The notes under the pieces: generated by a model
The model's database searches: none
Told to the model about the DNA's origin: nothing
Seen by the model: the letters and a program-made list of their open reading frames with translations, nothing else
NCBI GenBank assembly: GCA_038523235.1
Contig: JBCBJQ010000043.1
Coordinates: 1-44,165, forward strand
DNA length: 44,165 nucleotides
Source: Cyanobacteria bacterium J06626_4
Lineage (GTDB): Bacteria; Cyanobacteriota; Cyanobacteriia; Phormidesmidales; Phormidesmidaceae
Reading direction: 5' to 3'
Program-made: the position numbers and the translations under genes
Shown: positions 37,841 through 44,165 of the stretch, in pieces
Layout: each line of letters starts with the position of its first letter
Numbering within the stretch: the first letter of the stretch is position 1

Positions 37841-38011
37841 ATGACTAACCTAGAACCCACCATGACCCCAGAAATCAAGCGACCTAAAGCAGGCTTCAAT
37901 TCCTATGCTGAGCGACTCAACGGTCGTGCCGCAATGGTCGGGTTTGTTGCTGTCGTCGCGATCGAATACCTGACTGGCAAAGGCTTTTTGACCTGGTTGG
38001 GTTTGACCTAG
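37841..38011 (+). CDS. hli: High-light-inducible protein (HLIP/SCP, one-helix CAB-like; not in ORF track)
   Basis: Hand translation MTNLEPTMTPEIKRPKAGFNSYAERLNGRAAMVGFVAVVAIEYLTGKGFLTWLGLT*, with the ExxNGRxAM chlorophyll-binding motif and a GGAG RBS. Confidence 0.95.
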   Translation: MTNLEPTMTPEIKRPKAGFNSYAERLNGRAAMVGFVAVVAIEYLTGKGFLTWLGLT

Positions 38012-38089
38012 GCGCAACACGACCGATGGACATCATGAGAACTGGAACGTCAGTCTTTCTGCAATCAAATATCAGCTTCTAAGCTAAGG

Positions 38090-38455
38090 TTGTTGGGGTT
38101 TGAGAGGCCCAGGTTTAGGAACAGAGCTGTCTCCCCTTTGTCGTTTATTAGTGATTTAAGAACGCGATCGCCTGTGTTTATCAAATATCTATTTAGACGA
38201 GAGCCGGTTGTCAGCACCGTAGTGACTGCGGGCACCGTCAATATCTTTCTCGGTATGCTCGAAGGCCAAGCACTACTGGCATTTTTGGGCGTATTAGTTG
38301 TCAGTGGCATGTTGGCCGCACGGGGCTGGCAAAAATTTCAGCGCCCGGTAGATTGGTCAGATCAGGCTCCCATTCGCTATTTACCTGACCAAACAGATCA
38401 GTCGACGATGCCCACTATGAAGCTTTCTGAGCACCGCGACTCGACGCTCCAGTAA
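38090..38455 (+). CDS. Conserved hypothetical 2-TM protein (true start probably further downstream)
   Basis: R-R-E-P followed by two hydrophobic segments and a YLP motif, similar to a cyanobacterial small membrane-protein family as I recall it. Confidence 0.6.
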   Translation: MLGFERPRFRNRAVSPLSFISDLRTRSPVFIKYLFRREPVVSTVVTAGTVNIFLGMLEGQALLAFLGVLVVSGMLAARGWQKFQRPVDWSDQAPIRYLPDQTDQSTMPTMKLSEHRDSTLQ

Positions 38456-38555
38456 GCTGGAGTCAAGTTGGCTTGAGATTAGTAGACCTGAGATACCAGT
38501 CACTCGGCTTTGGGCAGTAGCCAAAGGTCGAAACTGTCATAGTAGAATCCTCTTC

Positions 38556-38940
38556 GGGAAGAGCAAGACTCGATGGCAGACTGAGGTCGGAAACCCATTG
38601 GGAAGCACAAGCCCTACAGAATTAAAAAGCCTGTCGGATGGTGATGGCAGCCATTTGGAGAGACCTCATCAAACTGTTGATTGCCGCATTTATTCAGCGA
38701 TCGCCTCTCAGCTCAGCATTGTGGTGCCGTCAGCGTGTGAGTAAAAACTGGTTCTATCTACTGTGCAGAGAGTGCAGGGGCAGAGCTTTTCAGAACTGCC
38801 ATCTCGTCTTAGTGACGGCCCGCTGGCCAGGTCTGCTCTAGCCTGCTAGTGCCCTTGTCCACCGCCTGATCGAGCGACTTATCTGCACCCACCCAATGCT
38901 TCGTGCCTCCAAATCAAGCAAGGGATTGGTTAAGCGGTGG
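38556..38940 (+). ncRNA. Candidate structured non-coding RNA (possibly Cyano-2-like motif)
   Basis: -10-like TAGAAT at 38543-38548. Three successive long-range stems: ATGGC/GCCAT (38573-38654), GCCGTCA/TGACGGC (38726-38819), CCACCGC../..GCGGTGG (38859-38940). No credible ORF. Confidence 0.5.
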
Positions 38941-39047
38941 CGTTACTTATGCCTGGAATGAATTAATTTTTGCCAGCCCTGGCGAGATGAAGGGGGCTTA
39001 AATCTGTTCATCGCTGACTTCCGCAGCACCCTAGCAGCGTTCACTCT

Positions 39048-39299
39048 TCAAAAAATCAACCTAACGCCCGTCACCCTCTCCAGCTCTTGAAGAACCTGAT
39101 TTCTTTCTTCGATATCAGTGATTTCGGTGAGCCGCTGATACAAATCTTCTATTTCTAGATCTCGATTTTTTATTTCCAGATCACTGACTTGGGGTACGCT
39201 TGGCGTTCTTGCCTGGATGCCAGGTGACTCAGACTCATCCAGGGGGTGGAGATCGTGGTTATCCTGCGGACTGATGGCGTGACCGATGGCTGTCTTCAT
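39048..39299 (-). CDS. Small acidic hypothetical protein
   Basis: 83 aa with an ATG start and an amphipathic helical C-terminal half; no recognised family. Confidence 0.5.
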   Translation of the reverse strand: MKTAIGHAISPQDNHDLHPLDESESPGIQARTPSVPQVSDLEIKNRDLEIEDLYQRLTEITDIEERNQVLQELERVTGVRLIF

Positions 39300-39486
39300 C
39301 GTTGTAACGGGGATTTTTGGGGGAGGCTATCAAGATAGTTGCCGGGCGAACAAATTTCTGTGCGACTGTAGCCATTTTGCGCCTTATACGAACAGTGGCA
39401 AAAACGGAGCGGAGAAGTGGCACAGGTGAAACCATTCAGGTAGTTCAATTTTCTCAGATAATGGGAGTGCCGACCACTCTACATAA

Positions 39487-40359
39487 ATGTCTGTTAAGCC
39501 CACACCTCAACAAATTTTGACAACGTTGCTCCCGCCCTTGCGGCTGGCAGCTAATTATTCTCGTCATATTCAATCGAAAATTGCGACTCAACCAGCTAAG
39601 GCTGGCCCCACTAAGTTTGCCGCTGCGCTGACTGATGCCGATTTGTCGGTGCAGACCTTTATTGAAGTCGCGCTGCTGGGCACCTTCCCCGATATTCGGT
39701 TTTATGGCGAAGAGTTTGAACAGTCTTACAACACCAAGTATTTCAGAGCAATTGATCTCGGCCCCCAAGATGACTACTTGGTCACTCTTGACCCGATTGA
39801 CGGCACTCTCTTTTATTTAGACGGGTTTCCCAATTATCAAATTATTGTCACGGTGTTGAATGCTGATGGGTTTGAAGCGGTGCTGGCCTTGAGCCCTGCT
39901 GAAGATCGATACTATTACGCCTTGAGAGGACAAGGGACGTATACCGGCCAGCTGGCGCAAGCGCTAGAAGACTGTCAGCCGCTACAAATCAACGCCAATA
40001 ACACGGTGTTTTTAGGCACTCGGATGGCTCCCTTGAAAGCTAAATTGAGCGATCGCTATGACGTGATCAATGTGTCCGAAGACTACTCCCACAACACGGC
40101 TATCCCGAACGTCAACGGTGTGCTTAAAGGACAGCTAGCGGGGGTCGTGTTAGCAGCGGGCAAGTTCATTGATGGGGCGGCTCTCGCATTTTTAGCCCAA
40201 GAGGCGGGCTGCCTTGTCACCGACCATCAGGGCCAGGCCCTGCCTCGCCTAGACAACTGCACCGACTATGCCTGGCCAGGATTGGCGATCGCGACTTCAC
40301 CAGAGCTGCACCAAGACTTGATCTCAGCCCTGCAAGGATTTCAGATTGCCACCGCGTAG
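39487..40359 (+). CDS. Inositol monophosphatase-family protein
   Basis: LTDADL, GEE, LDPIDGT, DGAA..LAQEAG. Confidence 0.88.
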   Translation: MSVKPTPQQILTTLLPPLRLAANYSRHIQSKIATQPAKAGPTKFAAALTDADLSVQTFIEVALLGTFPDIRFYGEEFEQSYNTKYFRAIDLGPQDDYLVTLDPIDGTLFYLDGFPNYQIIVTVLNADGFEAVLALSPAEDRYYYALRGQGTYTGQLAQALEDCQPLQINANNTVFLGTRMAPLKAKLSDRYDVINVSEDYSHNTAIPNVNGVLKGQLAGVVLAAGKFIDGAALAFLAQEAGCLVTDHQGQALPRLDNCTDYAWPGLAIATSPELHQDLISALQGFQIATA

Positions 40360-40418
40360 CTCAGTGCAGCCAGCTTTGAGAGTAAGCTAACAAAACACCC
40401 TTTTGCCCTGCTGTTGTC

Positions 40419-40793
40419 ATGATTCATCTGAGTCAAAGCGCCATTCGTGAACTCAAACGCCTAGAAGCCAAAGATCCCTACGGCAGTGGTGTGGTACGCC
40501 TAAAAATTGCACCAGGGGGCTGCTCTGGGCTGGCCTATGATTTGCAGTTTCGACAATCGACTCAATCCACCGATCAGGTCTTAAAAATTGACCCGCTCAA
40601 AGTGGTAATTGCCACTGAGGAGCTGGCTGCTTGTGAAGGGTTGGCGATCGATTATTCGGAAGACTTGATGGGGGGGAACTTTCGATTTACCAATCCCCTC
40701 GCCAAACAAACCTGCGGGTGTGGGGTTTCCTTTAGTTTGGAGGCTGCAGCGCCCGTACCAGCTGTTGATTGCACTCAGGAGACGGCGCTTTGA
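40419..40793 (+). CDS. iscA: HesB/IscA-family Fe-S cluster assembly accessory protein
   Basis: GGCSG, IDYSEDLMGGNFRFTNP, TCGCGVSF. Confidence 0.9.
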   Translation: MIHLSQSAIRELKRLEAKDPYGSGVVRLKIAPGGCSGLAYDLQFRQSTQSTDQVLKIDPLKVVIATEELAACEGLAIDYSEDLMGGNFRFTNPLAKQTCGCGVSFSLEAAAPVPAVDCTQETAL

Positions 40794-41025
40794 AAACTAG
40801 CGCCTAGACAGTCAAGGGAATTATAGTGATTCCCATTAAGAATGCGAAATTGAGCAGGGTGAAACGTATACTCCATGGCATATTCACTTCTCAAACTTAT
40901 GTCGAATCGCCATATCTCTACATTGAACTGAGAGGCCATCCCAGTGACTCTAACGAGATCTGTGCAAAGCTTACGTGTCATGGTGGCGAGGGTATTAGTG
41001 GCAATGGTGACCAATCCTAATCAAC

Positions 41026-42876
41026 TTATTGATAACCAGCCGCTTGCATCTGAAAGAGCTGTGCGTAACGTCCCTGCTGAGCCAGCAGTTCCTCATGGGT
41101 GCCATACTCGACCACTTTGCCTGCGGCTAGCACCAAAATCTTGTCTGCCCGTCGTACTGTTGAAAAGCGATGAGAAATCAGAATTGCCATTTGATTTTTA
41201 GTCGCGACTCGAAACTGGTCAAAAATTTTAGTTTCAGCTTCTGCATCCATCGCTGAGGTCGGTTCATCGAGGACCAAGAGGTCGGCCTCTTGACGCATAA
41301 AAGCTCGCGACAGCGCCACCTTTTGCCACTGCCCGCCAGAGAGTTCTTGCCCCCCTCTAAACCACTTACCCAGTTGGGTTTGAAACCCTTCGGGCAAAGA
41401 GTCAATAAACGGAGTGGCAGTGCCTTTATCTGCCGCCATCGTCCACTGTTTTTCAGCTTCGAGATGCTGCACGTCACCGACGCCAATGTTTTCGCCCACG
41501 GTGAACTGATACCGCACAAAGTCTTGAAAGATCACGCCGATGCGTTCTCGTAAGACATCAATGTCCCATTCGTTTAGATCACGGCCATCGAGCAAGATGC
41601 GGCCCTGACTGGGGGTATAAAGCCGAGTCAGCAACTTGATTAAGGTGGTCTTGCCGGAGCCGTTTTCGCCCACGATCGCCAATTTTTGACGCGGTTTGAG
41701 ATGAAAGGAAACGTCGGAGAGGGCGACGCGAGTGGAGCCGGGGTAGGTAAATGACACCTGCTCAAACTGCAAACCGGCTTCGGGATCATGACCTGATCGC
41801 GCATAGCCCGTCGATTGCGGCACCGGTTGCTCTAAAAATTCATAGAGATTGGACAGATAAAGTCCATCTTCGTACATGCCACCGATGGCGGTCAGGATCG
41901 CCGAAAAGGCATTCTGACCCTGGCGAAAAACTGCTAAGTACATTGTCAGTTCACCGAGGGAAATGCGCCGCCCGATCGCCGCCAACACAATCCAGCCATA
42001 AGCTCCGTAAAAGGCGGCAGTGCTGAGCAATCCCAGGCCATAGGTCCAGCCGCTCCGGCGCATGGTCAATGCGCGATCTTCATCATAGAGCCGGTTAAAA
42101 ATCGCCTGATACCGACTCAGCAACATTGAGCCCAGTTGAAAGAGCTTGACTTCTTTGGCAAAGTCTTCGCGTCCAAGCAGTACTTCTAGATAGTTTTGCT
42201 GGCGAGTTTCAGGCGATCGCCAGCGAAACAATCGAAAGGCCTGACCCGCAAACCGCGTTTCGGCGATGAAAACAGGAATGGTCGCCCCCATTAAAAGCAC
42301 CACCGCCCAGCCTGAAAACTGCAGCAGTAAACCGCCGTAAGTCAACAGGGACAACGTATTTTGTATCAACCCAAAGGTGCGATTGACCATGCTCAGCGGT
42401 CGACTTGAGGCTTCGCGGCGAGCCCGAGTCATCTTGTCATAAAATTCGGAGTCTTCGAAATAGATCAAGGGTAGGGCTTGAGCCTTTTCCAAAATCAGCA
42501 GGTTCACCTTTTGCCCTAAGAGGGCTCGCAGAAGAGCCGTGCACAGATTGAGCCCTTGACGCGCCCCCGCCAACAGAGTCACCAGAATCGCCTCAATGCC
42601 CAGATAGGTGAGTGCTGAATTGCGATCCGCGATCGCACTCGATGCTGCCGCTTGGATGACCGCATCAACGATGAGCTTGCCAACATAGGCGATCGCCCCT
42701 GGCAGCAATCCCGCTACCAAGGTACACAACGCCAGCAACACCGTTAGCCGCCAATGGGTTTGCCAAACGAGCTGAATGGCTCGTCCACAATATTGATAAA
42801 TTTCGAGGGATTCACGTGTCGATTGCCCTCGTTGTCGTAGGGCTTGGCCCCAATGCTCTAGTCGTCGTCTCACCAT
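41026..42876 (-). CDS. ABC transporter, fused permease/ATP-binding (MdlB-like exporter)
   Basis: Six-TM N-terminal domain, GENGSGKTT, LSGGQWQKVALSRAF, LDEPT, ISHR. Confidence 0.95.
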   Translation of the reverse strand: MVRRRLEHWGQALRQRGQSTRESLEIYQYCGRAIQLVWQTHWRLTVLLALCTLVAGLLPGAIAYVGKLIVDAVIQAAASSAIADRNSALTYLGIEAILVTLLAGARQGLNLCTALLRALLGQKVNLLILEKAQALPLIYFEDSEFYDKMTRARREASSRPLSMVNRTFGLIQNTLSLLTYGGLLLQFSGWAVVLLMGATIPVFIAETRFAGQAFRLFRWRSPETRQQNYLEVLLGREDFAKEVKLFQLGSMLLSRYQAIFNRLYDEDRALTMRRSGWTYGLGLLSTAAFYGAYGWIVLAAIGRRISLGELTMYLAVFRQGQNAFSAILTAIGGMYEDGLYLSNLYEFLEQPVPQSTGYARSGHDPEAGLQFEQVSFTYPGSTRVALSDVSFHLKPRQKLAIVGENGSGKTTLIKLLTRLYTPSQGRILLDGRDLNEWDIDVLRERIGVIFQDFVRYQFTVGENIGVGDVQHLEAEKQWTMAADKGTATPFIDSLPEGFQTQLGKWFRGGQELSGGQWQKVALSRAFMRQEADLLVLDEPTSAMDAEAETKIFDQFRVATKNQMAILISHRFSTVRRADKILVLAAGKVVEYGTHEELLAQQGRYAQLFQMQAAGYQ

Positions 42877-43039
42877 ACATTAAGCATAATCGGTGAGTTG
42901 ATTTCTTTGGTTCACCCACCCAGCGTCATGCTGCCATCTGTTCGCTGCGACAAACTCGGCTCTCCGGCAGAAATATCGCCACCTGCAGCAACGCTGGGGA
43001 GTCTTTGCTAGAGCCTAAAAGACAAAGTATTTAGCGAAG

Positions 43040-44056
43040 TTATACGTGCAAGTCTCGTATGGTGAGTTGGGTGGTTACTTGGCCTGCTGAGTGATAAGGC
43101 CAAAAGGATTTCACCTTTTCATACAGCCAAAAAACCGGACTGACCAAACTGTAGCAGTACAGTGCCATCTCCCCGGCCGGTACGGCTTCTGTCCAAATCT
43201 TAGGACCGTACTTGAGTAGCTGTCGCAAGATTCGGCGACTATCATTCAGAGCATAAGCGGGCACCATTAAGGGCCGCTGCCACCAGGCACAACTCAACAT
43301 GCGAGTGCGAAAGCGGCTCAAACCAATACCGCGCATCAAACTCACGAGATAATTTCTCTCCAGCCGATCACGAGGGATTTTGTGGGTTAGCCGCATGCCT
43401 GGATTGTACCAAACCTCCCAACCAGCCTTCTGAATCTGGATCACGGGTTCAAGATCTTCGGCCACATCGCGATCGCGAACTCGAATTCCCCAACTCTCCC
43501 CATCGGTGGTAGCGGCTAACCAGGCCTGTCGTCTAACTACCAAGCCCGCTCCAGGAGGCAGTAGATTTTTCTCGGGATCATACAGCAGTGCATTATCCCC
43601 CCGTTCAGTCAGGGCTAGGAATGCCGCCAGGCGATGGAACCCCTGCGGCGGCGAAGTTTCAAACTTGCCCGCCAGACGGCTCCCAAACGCTCCGGCCTGT
43701 GGATAGTCTTGAGCGAATTTAACTGCCCTATTCACCCAGGTTAGAGAGGGCAGGTTATCGTCATCCAGAAATCCGACCAAGGGGCTGCGAGCCAGGCGGA
43801 TGGCCCGCTGTCGAGCAAAGCCTGCACCTTGAGTCGGTTCAAACGCGTATCGCAAGTTTGGCCAACCCTGCTGATAACGGCGCACGACTGCCGCTGTCTG
43901 ATCAGAGCTGTTGTTATCGACAACAATAATTTCCCAACGAATATGTGTCGTTCCCAGCTGCCATTTCAGGCGCTCTAACACTTCAGAAATACGGTTGGCA
44001 CCGTTATAGGTGGGAATAGCGACCGTAAAGTCACAAAAGAAACCCGTCACAGTCAT
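43040..44056 (-). CDS. hpsE: GT2 glycosyltransferase, hormogonium polysaccharide HpsE family
   Basis: DFTVAIPTYNGA, VVDNNS, GFLDDDN, LPPGAGLVVRRQAW, IGLSRFRTRML. Confidence 0.85.
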   Translation of the reverse strand: MTVTGFFCDFTVAIPTYNGANRISEVLERLKWQLGTTHIRWEIIVVDNNSSDQTAAVVRRYQQGWPNLRYAFEPTQGAGFARQRAIRLARSPLVGFLDDDNLPSLTWVNRAVKFAQDYPQAGAFGSRLAGKFETSPPQGFHRLAAFLALTERGDNALLYDPEKNLLPPGAGLVVRRQAWLAATTDGESWGIRVRDRDVAEDLEPVIQIQKAGWEVWYNPGMRLTHKIPRDRLERNYLVSLMRGIGLSRFRTRMLSCAWWQRPLMVPAYALNDSRRILRQLLKYGPKIWTEAVPAGEMALYCYSLVSPVFWLYEKVKSFWPYHSAGQVTTQLTIRDLHV

Positions 44057-44165
44057 CTCAGTCGCCCTGCATTAAAAACTCGCAAACTTCACAGATATGA
44101 AGATTGTTTATTAACAGACAAGAAGCACCTTTTGTGTAGATTTGATGAAGTAGATAAATACATTG

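Noticed and set aside
38573..38654. c-di-GMP-I riboswitch, 6S RNA, RNase P RNA, tmRNA or SRP RNA
   Set aside because: Lacks GGCAAA..GAAA..GACGCAAA and the signature sequences of the housekeeping RNAs, and has no downstream co-oriented gene nearby.

Overview
44 kb of cyanobacterial chromosome. HIP1 octamers (GCGATCGC) are abundant, and psaM, an HLIP gene and hpsE are present; codon style and repeats suggest a filamentous Leptolyngbya-like strain (inference). Gene order: end of a DevCA-type ABC exporter; an outer-membrane beta-barrel; a NarL/HisKA_3 two-component pair; a triple-fasciclin+RTX secreted protein; a PEP-CTERM protein; then a ~13 kb block (PsrA-like TetR, RND efflux pump, P-type ATPase, small 'LxxCW' protein, CPA2 Na+/H+ antiporter, DUF1400 alpha/beta hydrolase); an NDH-2 with an extra C-terminal helical domain; and core genes (glgX, psaM, phoU, Zam-like RNase R, ubiX, speA, hli, IMPase, iscA-like, ABC transporter, hpsE). 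Two small genes missing from the ORF track were found by hand (psaM, hli). Best candidate for an undescribed system: a TCAAAC-N4-GTTTGA palindrome occurs in the TetR/RND divergent promoter and again upstream of the antiporter unit and the hydrolase (plus a half-site before the ATPase), suggesting one local regulon linking efflux, lipid hydrolysis and cation homeostasis. Also notable: a ~400 nt structured intergenic RNA candidate (38.55-38.94 kb) and a TA-flanked MITE family, one copy of which carries nested insertions. All family calls are from motif recognition; no database searches were run.
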